Positions 47,423 through 60,560 of a DNA stretch of 64,000 nt are shown here, one piece after another. Both the position numbers and the translations under genes were made by a program. Each line of letters starts with the position of its first letter. Positions within the stretch are counted from its first letter, which is position 1. Source of the DNA: Macrostomum lignano (taxonomy: Eukaryota); assembly GCA_002269645.1 (NCBI GenBank), contig NIVC01003827.1, positions 1 to 64,000 of the forward strand, written 5' to 3'. The notes beneath the pieces are model-generated. The model worked only from the letters and a program-made list of their open reading frames with translations. It made no database searches and had not been told where the DNA came from.

Positions 47423-47954
47423 CAGAGGCGCCAGCACCAGAGGCGCCAGCACCAGAGGCGCCAGCACCAGAGGCGCCAGCACCAGAGGCGCCAGCACCAG
47501 AGGCGCCAGCACCAGAGGCGCCAGCACCAGAGGCGCCAGCACCAGAGGCGCCAGCACCAGAGGCGCCAGCACCAGAGGCGCCAGCACCAGAGGCGCCAGC
47601 ACCAGAGGCGCCAGCACCAGAGGCGCCAGCACCAGAGGCGCCAGCACCAGAGGCGCCAGCACCAGAGGCGCCAGCACCAGAGGCGCCAGCACCAGAGGCG
47701 CCAGCACCAGAGGCGCCAGCACCAGAGGCGCCAGCACCAGAGGCGCCAGCACCAGAGGCGCCAGCACCAGAGGCGCCAGCACCAGAGGCGCCAGCACCAG
47801 AGGCGCCAGCACCAGAGGCGCCAGCACCAGAGGCGCCAGCACCAGAGGCGCCAGCACCAGAGGCGCCAGCACCAGAGGCGCCAGCACCAGAGGCGCCAGC
47901 ACCAGAGGCGCCAGCACCAGAGGCGCCAGCACCAGAGGCGCCAGCACCAGAGGC
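47423..47954. repeat. Second perfect 15-bp array (CAGAGGCGCCAGCAC), about 35 copies
   Basis: Unit identical to 23441-24144, same orientation, unrelated flanks. Confidence 0.96.
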
Positions 47955-49094
47955 TCCAGGAGTTGCAGAAATTTCACTAATGCTGTAATTGGCTCACACC
48001 TGGACACCTACATACGCGTGGGGCGATGTTTCTCGCAGTTTCCAGCTAGTGGCAACAAATTATCTTAGAAAAGAGCATGCTTAGGCCAATCAAATTCTGC
48101 TCATAACTTGCCCTAAACTGGCTTTTTAGGCTGATATAAAAGCTACGAATTATAATCCAATAAGTACAAGTGCATTTCTAGGAAAGTCCATAAATTGTCG
48201 TGTAGCGATCGAGGACAACCTGAGTCGGCCAGGCCGGGACTTGTAGGACAATGAAATCCGAGTGGCATTGATAAGGGGATACAGAAATGGGGGAGAGGAA
48301 GCGCGGAGGACCGGGTCCCAACAGCTGCTACAGAAGCCTCTCTTGCCTCACTGTCCGAGACTCTTCCGCTGTTCCATTGCTGAGCACACGGCAATCAATT
48401 CCCCCGATCCCCAATTCCGACTCCCAATTCGAAAGCCATTTCTGAGCAGCCCTGACCAGCAGCTCAGGACCTGGCGGTGTTCGCGGACAAGCATTTAAAA
48501 GGCTTTAATAAAACCCCGCTGCCACTTCAGGCGGGTCCCCGAAGCAGTTTCTCCAAATTTTAGGCGCCAATTTCTGAACTCATATTCGCCTGCGACAGAC
48601 GGGATCGAGAGACGGTTGGAGGGCGGTTGGCAGAGAAGAGAAATTTTCACGACAAACTTCTTCCGCCGCAAAAATTGTCGATAGCAACAACTTTATTTGC
48701 CCGACAGCGGTTGCCGGGGAAATAAAAAAATAGAGACAGAGTTAGAGAGATTTCTCGGCAAACGAAGGAAGCGAACCAGAGAGAGAGAGAGAGAGACTGC
48801 AGCCACCGCCTGCTCCATCAATTCTTAATCAGCTCACTGCGAACTGCAACTCCGATCCCCCTGGAACCGGGCAGTTTCAGCCCGAACTCCCCAGGGGGAG
48901 CGCCGGGATTCCACTTTGAACTTTGAGGCCGCGCCACTCGAGAAATTCGCGGGCTATCGGGGAGAGGCCGGACTCGAGTCCCAGCGGCTGAGCTGTCTGC
49001 CAGTGAAAATGTTATTTACGATACATATCGGCTAACTGGCTTGCGTGCACGAAAGTTATCCGGTTGGGTTGAGGTGTGACTCACAGCCATGAGG

Positions 49095-49160
49095 GCATGT
49101 CTGAGTGCAGTATTGGTGCGCTTGTGTGCTCGGAGTCAGCGGAATGAGCAGCTTGAAGGA
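49095..49160 (+). mobile_element. Degenerate fragment of the 2043-2408 SINE family
   Basis: GCGCTTGTGTGC..GGAGTCAGCGGAATGAGCAGC resembles GCGCTTGTGTGCCTGCTCAGGGGTGTCGGCGGAATGGGCAGC. Confidence 0.45.
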
Positions 49161-49314
49161 CTTAAGATTGCAGATTTTCCTCAGCATTGCCTCCCCAGTT
49201 CGCTTTGACAGGCTGGGCCTAAATATTGCACCTGCCTGTTAGTTGCTTTTGGGTGCTTCCTAAATTTGGTTTGCTTAAATATTTGTTGACTTGCCTCTCA
49301 GGTACTCTGTCCTC

Positions 49315-50130
49315 ATCATATCTATTCTCACCCAATTTATTCTCACCATAGCCATTCTCACCTAATCTATTCTCACCCTATCTATTCTCACCATATCCAT
49401 TCTCACCCAACCTATTCTCACCATATCCATTCTCACCCAATCTATTCTCACCCAATCTATTCTCACCATATCTATTCTCACCCAATCTATTCTCACCCAA
49501 TCTATTCTCACCAAATCCATTCTCACCCAATCTATTCTCACCCAATCTATTCTCACCATATCTACTCCCACCCAACCTTATTCTCACCATATCTATTCTC
49601 ACCTAATCTATTCTCACCATATCCATTCTCACCCAATCTATTCTCACCCTATCTACTCCCACCCAATCTATTCTCACCCTATCTACTCCCACCCAATCTA
49701 TTCTCACCCAATCTATTCTCACCCAATCTATTCTCACCCAATCTATTCTCACCCAATCTATTCTCACCCAATCTATTCTCACCATATCTACTCCCACCCA
49801 ATCTATTCTCATCATATCCATTCTCACCCAACCTATTCTCACCCAATCTATTCTCACCCAATCTATTCTCACCCTATCTACTCCCATTCAACCTATTCTC
49901 ACCCTATCTACTCCCACCCAATCTATTCTCACCATATCCATTCTCACCCAACCTATTCTCACCATATCTACTCCCACCCAATCTATTCTCACCATATCCA
50001 TTCTCACCCAACCTATTCTCACCATATCTACTCCCACCCAATCTATTCTCATCATATCTATTCTCACCCAACCTATTCTCACCATATCTACTCCCACCCA
50101 ACCTATTCTCACCATATCTACTCTCACCCG
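49315..50130. repeat. 15-bp minisatellite (TATTCTCACCCAATC and variants), about 54 copies
   Basis: Direct reading; starts about 100 bp downstream (minus sense) of the exon B donor. Confidence 0.93.
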
Positions 50131-50232
50131 AGTGTCGGTAGGATTTTGAGTCTACCTTTTGGTCCTTTCCCTCCTCTCTCATGGCCATAGCCAGTTTCTA
50201 CACGCCATCAGCGACCCCCTCCGCAGCCTCAC

Positions 50233-50427
50233 CTCCAGGTTGTCGAACATGGTGTCCACATTTTCAGTCCGTCGATTCCATCGAACTCCCCGAACTCCGC
50301 CGCCTCCGCCGCTGCCTCCTCCGCCGCCGCCGGCTCCGCTGCCGAGCTGACGACCTTCCGAGAGGTGCTGGTGGTGGTGGTGGCCCAGCTGCTGGCCGCC
50401 AACCACCGTGGCTCGGGTTGCAAACAT
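50233..50427 (-). CDS. Candidate alternative first coding exon B of the DPP gene (MFATRATVVGGQQLGHHHHQH...ENVDTMFDNLE)
   Basis: ATG at 50427, 65 codons, GC-rich, phase-0 donor GAG|gtgagg. Confidence 0.7.
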
Positions 50428-50984
50428 TGTGCCCGTCTGCCTGCCCACTGCCTGCCGTCACCGCAAGCGGCAGTTTGCCATTTTTGTCCGCCCTGCCTGC
50501 CCTCCACTTGTCCGCAGCCACCCCCCCCCCGATTCCGCAATCCAATCCTCATGCACTCGCCTCACAGCCTGGCCATTTTTTCAACTCTGCAGCATAAATT
50601 TCTATCATAAAATTCTTTTCTTGCCTACTAATAGTAGCTGAAAATCCACATGGAAATGTTTTTCAAGAATAACGAATGGCGCTGTAAGGACTGGAGGGAT
50701 TAGAAATATTCGCAGAGTGCACACCTGGGCATTCTTCACTCTGTTAATTCCCTCTGAGCACAGTTTATCTTCCCCTGATCCCACAGGGCCGGACATTGGT
50801 TATAATTGAAATTCCGGATAGCAGAGAGAACTGAAATCTGTAGCGATAGGCAAACAGGGGGTGAGGAGGGGAGCGGCTCTGAGAGTTGCAAAACGGCCCC
50901 GAGAAATGCTGCTCTGCTTTGTCTGACCTGATGAATTAGAAAAACGGCTGAGTGCCTTTCGAATACTTGAATAAAGATTTCAAT

Positions 50985-52290
50985 TTAATCATCTATGCCT
51001 GTCTATCTCTGCCTATGCCTGTCTATCTCTGTCTATCTCTGTCTATCTCTGCCTATGCCTGTCTATCTCTGTCTATCCCCGTCTATCCCTGTCTATCCCT
51101 GCCTATCCCTGTCTATCCCTGTATATCCCTGTCTATCCCTGTCTATCCCTCTCTATCCCTGTCTATCCCTGTCTATCCCTGTCTATCCCTGTCTATCCCT
51201 GTCTATCCCTGTCTATCCCTGTCTATCCCTGTCTATCCCTGTGTATCCCTGTCTATCCCTGTCTATCCCTGTCTATCCCTGTCTATCCCTGTCTATCCCT
51301 GTCTATCCCTGTCTATCCCTGTCTATCCCTGTCTATCCCTGTCTATCCCTGTCTATCCCTGTCTATCCCTGTCTATCCCTGTCTATCCCTGTCTATCCCT
51401 GTCTATCCCTGTCTATCCCTGTCTATCCCTGTCTATCCCTGTCTATCCCTGTCTATCCCTGTCTATCCCTGTCTATCCTCGTCTATCCCCGTCTATCCCT
51501 GTCTATCCCTGTCTATCCCTGTCTATCCCCGTCTATCCCTGTCTATCCCTGTCTATCCCTGTATATCCCTGTCTATCCCTGTCTATACCTGTCTATCCCT
51601 GTATATCCCTGTCTATCCCTGTGTATCCCTGTGTATCCCTGTCTATCCCTGTCTATCCCTGTATATCCCTGTCTATCCCTGTCTATCCCTGTGTATCCCT
51701 GTCTATCCCTGTCTATCCCTGTCTATCCCTGTCTATCCCTGTCTATCCCTGTCTATCCCTGTCTATCCCCGTCTATCCCTGTCTATCCCTGTCTATCCCT
51801 GTATATCCCTGTCTATCCCTGTCTATACCTGTCTATCCCTGTATATCCCTGTCTATCCCTGTGTATCCCTGTGTATCCCTGTCTATCCCTGTCTATCCCT
51901 GTATATCCCTGTCTATCCCTGTCTATCCCTGTGTATCCCTGTCTATCCCTGTCTATCCCTGTCTATCCCTGTCTATCCCTGTCTATCCCTGTCTATCCCT
52001 GTCTATCCCCGTCTATCCCTGTCTATCCCTGTGTATCCCTGTGTATCCCTGTCTATCCCTGTCTATCCCTGTATATCCCTGTCTATCCCTGTCTATCCCT
52101 GTGTATCCCTGTCTATCCCTGTCTATCCCTGTCTATCTCTGTCTATCTCTGTCTATCTCTGTCTATCTCTGTCTATCCCTGTCTATCCCTGTCTATCTCT
52201 GTCTATCTCTGTCTATCTCTGTCTATCTCTGTCTATCTCTGTCTATCTCTGTCTATCCCTGTCTATCCCTGTCTATCCCTGTCTATTCCA
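50985..52290. repeat. 10-bp minisatellite (GTCTATCCCT), about 125 copies
   Basis: Direct reading; edges drift to GTCTATCTCT. Confidence 0.95.
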
Positions 52291-52882
52291 GTTTATCTCA
52301 GTTTGCACTTGTTTATCTCATTTAATGCCAGTTTATCTCATTACAGTTGAACTCAGTTGCAATGCGAGAAAGGCAGATGGCAGACTACAGGATCTGCAGC
52401 GGAGCAGCTGAGTCTGCTACTCAGACTTATCTGAGGAACTTTATTTATCCCCATTTGAGATCTGAGGCGCAGATCTGGGACAAGCTCTGCCGCTTGCCCC
52501 ACTCAATAAATTAGCTGGCTTTGACAGCGGGCTGCCCCAGCAACCACCGGTCTTAGCTGGGACCGATTTCGCACCTTCAAGCCGAGCTTATCATGAATAA
52601 ACTGCATTAAGAGAGAATTTCAGACTCGTGCTAGAAAATTGATCCGGGGCTTGGCTTGGTTCCACGCAAACTCGTGAGAGCAAAACTTCAAGGCTCATTG
52701 TGCGTCTTTCACCGATGAGAAAGCCGGGGCCGCTGTACACCCTCTGTGAGCGTGAGCCTGTGGACAGCACCAATGTGGGTGCTCAGGGGTCAGCGAAATG
52801 AGATGGGCATGGCTGCTTGGCTCTTTGCTGGCTGCGGGCCCACTGTCGACTTCCTTGACTTGCGGCAGCGCCCGAAGCCTTT

Positions 52883-53205
52883 AAGTCACGTGAGTTTCAT
52901 TTTGAAGAGAATTTTCAAGTCACGTGACTTTCATTTTGAGGGAGTTTTCAAGTCACGTGACTTCCATTTTTGAGAGAATTCTCAAATCACGTGACTTCCA
53001 TTTTCGAGGGAGTTTTCAAGTCACGAGACTTTCATTTTTGAGAGAATTCTCAAATCACGTGACTTCCATTTTCGAGGGAGTTTTCAAGTCACGTGACTTT
53101 CATTTTTGAGAGAATTCTCAAATCACGTGACTTCTATTTTCGAGGGAATTTTCAAGTCACGTGACTTTCATTTTAGAGAGTAATTTTCAAATCACGTGAC
53201 TCACG
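52883..53205. repeat. ~33-34-bp repeat with a palindromic TCACGTGA E-box in nearly every unit, about 10 copies
   Basis: (G/A)TCACGTGACTT motifs at regular spacing, alternating two unit types; one unit reads TCACGAGA. Confidence 0.85.
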
Positions 53206-53477
53206 AAAAATAAAGATATTTTTAACTTTTCTCTCTGGTGAAGACAAGTCTCTTGCTTTTTCCTAATCTGAGGAATTTAGGTAAAACATCACATGACCTC
53301 GAGTTCTCAAAGCGTTCGAGGTCAAATTGTACCGATGCTACAAGCCAATTTAGCTTCGAAGGTGTATCTAATCTGTCTGAAAAGTAGCAACAGGAAGATA
53401 AGAAACCACAGCTGTGACGCCAAAAAATCTCAATCAGAGATGTGACTTTGATGTGACTTTGATCACACTTCTACGAC

Positions 53478-56065
53478 TGGATAGAGGCGCCAGATCGGGG
53501 AACTGACAGAGGCGCCAGATCGGGGAACTGACAGAGGCGCCAAATCGGGGAACTGATAGAGGCGCCAGATCAGGGAACTGACAGAGGCGCCAAATCGGGG
53601 AACTGATAGAGGCGCCAAATCGGGGAACTGATAGAGGCGCCAAATCGGGGAACTGACAGAGGCGCCAGATCGGGGAACTGACAGAGGCGCCAGATCGGGG
53701 AACTGATAGAGGCGCCAGATCGGGGAACTGACAGAGGCGCCAGATCAGGGAACTGACAGAGGCGCCAAATCGGGGAGCTGATAGAGGCGCCAAATCGGGG
53801 AACTGATAGAGGCGCCAAATCGGGGAACTGACAGAGGCGCCAGATCGGGGAACTGATAGAGGCGCCAGATCGGGGAACTGACAGAGGCGCCAGATCGGGG
53901 AACTGACAGAGGCGCCAGATCGGGGAACTGATAGAGGCGCCAGATCGGGGAACTGACAGAGGTGCCAAATCGGGGAACTGATAGAGGCGCCAAATCGGGG
54001 AACTGATAGAGGCGCCAAATCGGGGAACTGACAGAGGCGCCAGATCGGGGAACTGACAGAGGTGCCAAATCGGGGAACTGATAGAGGCGCCAAATCGGGG
54101 AACTGATAGAGGCGCCAAATCGGGGAACTGACAGAGGCGCCAGATCGGGGAACTGACAGAGGCGCCAGATCGAGGAACTGATAGAGGCGCCAAATCGGGG
54201 AACTGATAGAGGCGCCAAATCGGGGAACTGATAGAGGCGCCAAATCGGGGAACTGACAGAGGCGCCAGATCGAGGAACTGATAGAGGCGCCAAATCGGGG
54301 AACTGACAGAGGCGCCAGATCGGGGAACTGACAGAGGCGCCAGATCGAGGAACTGATAGAGGCGCCAAATCGGGGAACTGATAGAGGCGCCAGATCGGGG
54401 AACTGATAGAGGCGCCAGATCGGGGAACTGATAGAGGCGCCAGATCGGGGAACTGATAGAGGCGCCAGATCGGGGAACTGATAGAGGTGCCAGATCGGGG
54501 AACTGATAGAGGCGCCAGATCGGGGAACTGACAGAGGTGCCAGATCGGGGAACTGATAGAGGCGCCAGATCGGGGAACTGATAAAGGCGCCAGATCGGGG
54601 AACTGATAGAGGTGCCAGATCAGGGAACTGATAGAGGCGCCAGATCGGGGAACTGACAGAGGTGCCAGATCAGGGAACTGATAGAGGCGCCAGATCGGGA
54701 AACTGACAGAGGTGCCAGATCGGGGAACTGATAGAGGCGCTAAATCGGGGAACTGACAGAGGTGCCAGAGCAGGGAACTGATAGAGGCGCCAGATCGGGG
54801 AACTGACAGAGGTGCCAGATCAGGGAACTGATAGAGGCGCCAGATCGGGGAACTGACAGAGGCGCCAGATCGGGGAACTGATAGAGGCGCCAGATCGGGG
54901 AACTGACAGAGGCGCCAGATCAGGGAACTGACAGAGGCGCCAAATCGGGGAGCTGATAGAGGCGCCAAATCGGGGAACTGATAGAGGCGCCAAATCGGGG
55001 AACTGACAGAGGCGCCAGATCGGGGAACTGATAGAGGCGCCAGATCGGGGAACTGACAGAGGCGCCAGATCGGGGAACTGACAGAGGCGCCAGATCGGGG
55101 AACTGATAGAGGCGCCAGATCGGGGAACTGACAGAGGTGCCAAATCGGGGAACTGATAGAGGCGCCAAATCGGGGAACTGATAGAGGCGCCAAATCGGGG
55201 AACTGACAGAGGCGCCAGATCGGGGAACTGACAGAGGTGCCAAATCGGGGAACTGATAGAGGCGCCAAATCGGGGAACTGATAGAGGCGCCAAATCGGGG
55301 AACTGACAGAGGCGCCAGATCGGGGAACTGACAGAGGCGCCAGATCGAGGAACTGATAGAGGCGCCAAATCGGGGAACTGATAGAGGCGCCAAATCGGGG
55401 AACTGATAGAGGCGCCAAATCGGGGAACTGACAGAGGCGCCAGATCGAGGAACTGATAGAGGCGCCAAATCGGGGAACTGACAGAGGCGCCAGATCGGGG
55501 AACTGACAGAGGCGCCAGATCGAGGAACTGATAGAGGCGCCAAATCGGGGAACTGATAGAGGCGCCAGATCGGGGAACTGATAGAGGCGCCAGATCGGGG
55601 AACTGATAGAGGCGCCAGATCGGGGAACTGATAGAGGCGCCAGATCGGGAACTGATAGAGGTGCCAGATCGGGGAACTGATAGAGGCGCCAGATCGGGGA
55701 ACTGACAGAGGTGCCAGATCGGGGAACTGATAGAGGCGCCAGATCGGGGAACTGATAAAGGCGCCAGATCGGGGAACTGATAGAGGTGCCAGATCAGGGA
55801 ACTGATAGAGGCGCCAGATCGGGGAACTGACAGAGGTGCCAGATCAGGGAACTGATAGAGGCGCCAGATCGGGAAACTGACAGAGGTGCCAGATCGGGGA
55901 ACTGATAGAGGCGCTAAATCGGGGAACTGACAGAGGTGCCAGAGCAGGGAACTGATAGAGGCGCCAGATCGGGGAACTGACAGAGGTGCCAGATCAGGGA
56001 ACTGACAGAGGCGCCAGATCGGGGAACTGACAGAGGCGCCAGATCGGGGAACTGATAGAGGTGCC
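53478..56065. repeat. 25-bp minisatellite (GA(T/C)AGAGGCGCCA(G/A)ATCGGGGAACT), about 103 copies, with a ~1175-bp internal duplication
   Basis: Rare variants recur 1174-1175 bp apart (53777/54952; 54741/55915). Confidence 0.95.
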
Positions 56066-56169
56066 ATTCGACTTTCGAGCTTAACCTCCAGACCACTTAA
56101 AAAACTTCATCAGCAGTTGCGCCTCAGCCTCTAAAACTGCTTCATCAACGTTCACTCCATCAGCCTCAC

Positions 56170-56484
56170 CAGCTGTAGCAACTGCAGCTGCTGCTCCTGC
56201 ACCTGCTTCCTCAGCAAGTCCTGCTGCCTCCGGCGTGCTGCCGTCTCCCGCATGGAGCACGCACTGCCGCTGCCGCTGCCGCCGACGCCTTCGCCGGCTC
56301 CTCCAGCGGCGCCGGTGCCGTCGACTGCCATCGTTGGCGTCGCCTCGCCGCCGTCGGCGCCCAGCGCGGCCGCCACGCTGCGCCTGAGCTGGCGCTGAAG
56401 CTGCGAGCTGCGCCGCTTCGCCAGCCGCCTGTCCTCGTCGTTGGCGTAGTCCTCGAACAGCGGGTCCGGGGGCCGCTCTGCCAT
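56170..56484 (-). CDS. Candidate alternative first coding exon C of the DPP gene (MAERPPDPLFEDYANDE...QQLQLLQL)
   Basis: ATG at 56484 (cggATGG), 105 codons, very GC-rich, phase-0 donor CTG|gtgagg. An overlapping Ala/Glu-rich frame in the 3' part makes the exon end less certain. Confidence 0.55.
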
Positions 56485-57477
56485 CCGGGTGGCAGCAGCC
56501 AGACAGCCTGTCGCAGATCCCGCCAGATGCTCCCACCGGAAATTGCCTGTCCCTGGCCGCTCCGCCGTCAATCTTTGAGCCGGGCAGCTCAGAGAAATGT
56601 CACGCGCACAGCCGAGTCTGCTTTATCTCGGCTTGCTAAATCCATTCTCTTTACCTGCGAATCCAGGCCTCAATTACAATTGGTCCGAGGTTACCTGTGC
56701 CGCGCCGTATCCGGGATTGGCAGCGGTTCAGAGCCGCTGCCTTTCAGCCTCCGCCTCTCCTGTCATGAGCCGTCTCGGCCCGAACCCCCCTCCCCTATTC
56801 AGAAATCCATTTTTTGCATCGCTCATGAAATTCTGCTTCATTCTTTCTCCCTCTAATTGTGTGCTGCTGCCAGCTCCCATCCCCTCAGCTCTCCGCCAGC
56901 TTTCACTGTTGCCCCATTGTCTTCCGCTGCCTGCGCTCGGCAAAGGCCCGGCTCTGCCAAGCAGATTCAAATTAGGCCAGGAAGACTCTGCCTCCCCAAG
57001 GTTGCCCCGGACTCGATTCCGCCACGTGAGGCCACTTTTTTTCAATGAGACAGTCAGGGCCGCGTACACCCTGCATGAGCCTGTGCCTGCGTTGGGGCAG
57101 GGCCAACCCCCCCCCCTGCGAAAGATGCATTCTGAGTTTGAAACCAAATAACTTCAATCTTCAAGCAACGTTGGGACTGAGGTTGCCTGGGGAACAGAAT
57201 GGATGATGCTGGAGTTGACAGGGCCAGGAGCTCTGCCTGCGGCTGTCAGCTGTAAATGACGAATGAGGCTGTAGAGGTTGGCCCGGCACGGGGCTATCAA
57301 TATGGGCTGCCGTGCTGGCGACAGGGAGCGGGGAGGAGAGAGTTTTAGAATGTTTTGGGAGAAAGTCGGCGTAAAAAATCCAACACAGCGGCTCGGAGAG
57401 GGACGGAAGGAAAATTGACCGAAAATGTTTTCAATTCAGAAGGATGGGCAGTATGAGATGAGAGTCAGATAAGGAAA

Positions 57478-58195
57478 TTCAGACAAGGAGAGAGTCAGAC
57501 AAAGAGAGAGTCAGACAAGGAGAGACAAGGAGAGAGCCAGACAAGAAGAGACTCAGACAAGAAGAGAGTCAGACAAGGAGAGAGTCAGACAAGAAGAGAG
57601 TCAGACAAGGAGAGAGTCAGACAAGGAGAGAGGAGAGACAAGGAGAGAGTCAGACAAGAAGAGAGTCAGACAAGGAGAGAGTCAGACAAGGAGAGACAAG
57701 GAGAGAGTCAGACAAAGAGAGAGTCAGACAAGGAGAGAGAGTCAGACAAGTATAGAGTCAGACAAGGAGAGAGTCAGACAAGGAGAGACAAGGAGAGAGT
57801 CAGACAAAGAGAGAGTCAGACAAGGAGAGAGTCAGACAAAGAGAGAGACAAGGAGAGACAAGGAGAGAGTCAGACAAAGAGAGAGTCAGACAAGGAGAGA
57901 GTCAGACAAAGAGAGAGTCAGACAAGGAGAGAGTCAGACAAAGAGAGAGTCAGACAAGGAGAGAGTCAGACAAGGAGAGAGTCAGACAAAGAGAGAGTCA
58001 GACAAGGAGAGAGTCAGACAAGGAGAGACAAGGAGAGAGTCAGACAAGGAGAGACAAGGAGAGAGTCAGACAAAGAGAGAGTCAGACAAGAAGAGAGTCA
58101 GATGAGAAGAGAGTCAGACAAGGAGAGACAAGAGAGTCAGACAAGAAGAGAGTCAGACAAGGAGAGAGTCAGACAAGGAGAGAGTCAGACAAGGA
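57478..58195. repeat. ~16-bp purine-rich minisatellite (GAGAGTCAGACAAGGA)
   Basis: Direct reading; units of variable length. Confidence 0.92.
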
Positions 58196-58530
58196 AAAAT
58201 TAAGATAAAATCGCGTCAGCTTGGATTTCATCAGCTGTCCGAAGCTGTCCATCCGTGTCTGAGCAAAGCCTATAAAATTGAACCGTTTTGTACAGCAGCT
58301 CAAACAGCAGCTCAAATCAACAATCAATGCTTGAGACCAATCGATAAAAATATCTCCCACAGGGGAATCAGATTTCGTCAGCAGCTGGGAATTGGACAAA
58401 ATGGAAAGATTTACAAACTCATTCTTCCTCTTATAAGTTTTTCATCAAACTGGAGCTTAAGAAAATATTTTAACTGTCCCGCCTGCTTTTACTGCAAGTA
58501 GGCCAGTGCGAATTTTGTCAGTCAGCTCAC

Positions 58531-58672
58531 CGCAAGCACATCGGGCGGAATGTCGTTAATATTGACGTTGTTCTTGCCTCGGCGCTTGCCGCGGTACGGA
58601 GAGGTGCCGCTTCGTTCGCCGCCTGCGCCTGATGAAGCGTACATGATGATGCCGGATGCTGCGGAGGTTGGC
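58531..58672 (-). CDS. Candidate alternative first coding exon D of the DPP gene (MYASSGAGGERSGTSPYRGKRRGKNNVNINDIPPDVLA; ATG at 58644)
   Basis: Acceptor ttttcag| at 58672, 38 codons from the ATG, phase-0 donor GCG|gtgagc; GC-rich island in AT-rich flanks. Confidence 0.6.
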
Positions 58673-59697
58673 CTGAAAATTTTGTCAAATATTTTTCTTA
58701 GATTTTCTTAGAAACGTATATTTGCCCTAAGTGCAGTTAGAACACACAGAGCAGGGGGTTTTGCCATAGACAAATTCTATCAAGAAGCATTAAAAAATCT
58801 GATTCCCGATAAAAACTCTCTAGCTCATTTCTAAGAAAATCGAGCTCAGAATTGAATTCGAATCGAAATCAGCGCATAAAAAAGTCAGTTGGGGGCATTG
58901 TTGAAATTTTGTTATGAATATCGACCCCTTCGCATCGGAAATAATCGATATTCGCTGCACCTCAAAGCTCAACCTTTGAGCTCACTGGATTCCTTAAATT
59001 ATTAATGCACTTCTGCACTTCCTCAGCCCCGCAGCAACCGACTCCTGCTTGACCCCGGCAGCAACTGAGCACAGCTGATGAGCTGTTGTTCATCTCGGCA
59101 GAAAATGGAGAGAAGAAAAAGAAAAAAAATCAGTTGGAGCACCGCGAGTTTTCCCTCCGAGCCGCCCGCCGGTTGGAAGGAGAGAAACCGTCCGGATCAG
59201 AGAGGAGAGGCTGGGAGCAAAGATGACGGACTTCTGTTTATATTGAGAGCGGCAAAGCCTCCCCGTGAGTGAGTTTGAGAGCGCCGCGCTGGCCTGCAGA
59301 TCCTGCAGAGGGAGGAGGGCAGCTCATGCGGTCTGCAACTCGATTCTAAAAATAGCGCAGCAGCCAGGAATTTCGAACCCGGGAGTCCCTCTCCCTCCCA
59401 GACTAATTAAGCCCGAGTCAGACTGCGGCGTCTGTCAGGCGCTGGCGAGGTACCGGGCTCGAATTTCCCGGATGCGGCAGCTTGAGTGAAAATAAAAACG
59501 GAGTTTAGAGCGACTGGGGAAATTCTGCGGGATATGGACGGCGGAGAGGGGGAAAGGGGGAAAAGGACGTTTGCGAATAAGGAACAGATTTACTGACTGC
59601 TGTGGGGACTTTGGGTGACTGGGGACTGCGACAGAGTAAGACGAAAAAATAGTAACAGCTCCTCATGCACTAAGAAAAACTTAGTCAGACCGCCATT

Positions 59698-60065
<368 letters not shown>

Positions 60066-60089
60066 ACAAGCAGGCAGACAAACAGGCGA

Positions 60090-60560
60090 GGAATCAGAGG
60101 AGACAGGCGGCGAATCAGAGCGGACAGGCGGGGAATCGCAGAGGACAGGTGGGGAATCAGAGCCGACAGGCGGGGAATCAGAGAGGACAGGCGGGGAATC
60201 AGAGCGGACAGGCGGGGAATCAGAGCGGACAGACGGGGAATCAGAGCGGACGGGCGGGGAATCAGAGCGGACAGACGGGGAATCAGAGCGGACGGGCGGG
60301 GAATCAGAGCGGACAGGCGGGGAATCAGAGCGGACGGGCGGGGAATCAGAGCGGACGGGCGGGGAATCAGAGAGGACAGGCGGGGAATCAGAGCGGACAG
60401 GCGGGGAATCAGAGCGGACGGGCGGGGAATCAGAGCGGACGGGCGGGGAATCAGAGAGGACAGGCGGGGAATCAGAGCGGACGGGCGGGGAATCAGAGAG
60501 GACAGGCGGGGAATCAGAGCGGACGGGCGGGGAATCAGAGAGGACAGGCGGGGAATCAGA
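60090..60560. repeat. 21-bp minisatellite (GGCGGGGAATCAGAGCGGACA), about 22 copies
   Basis: Direct reading. Confidence 0.92.
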
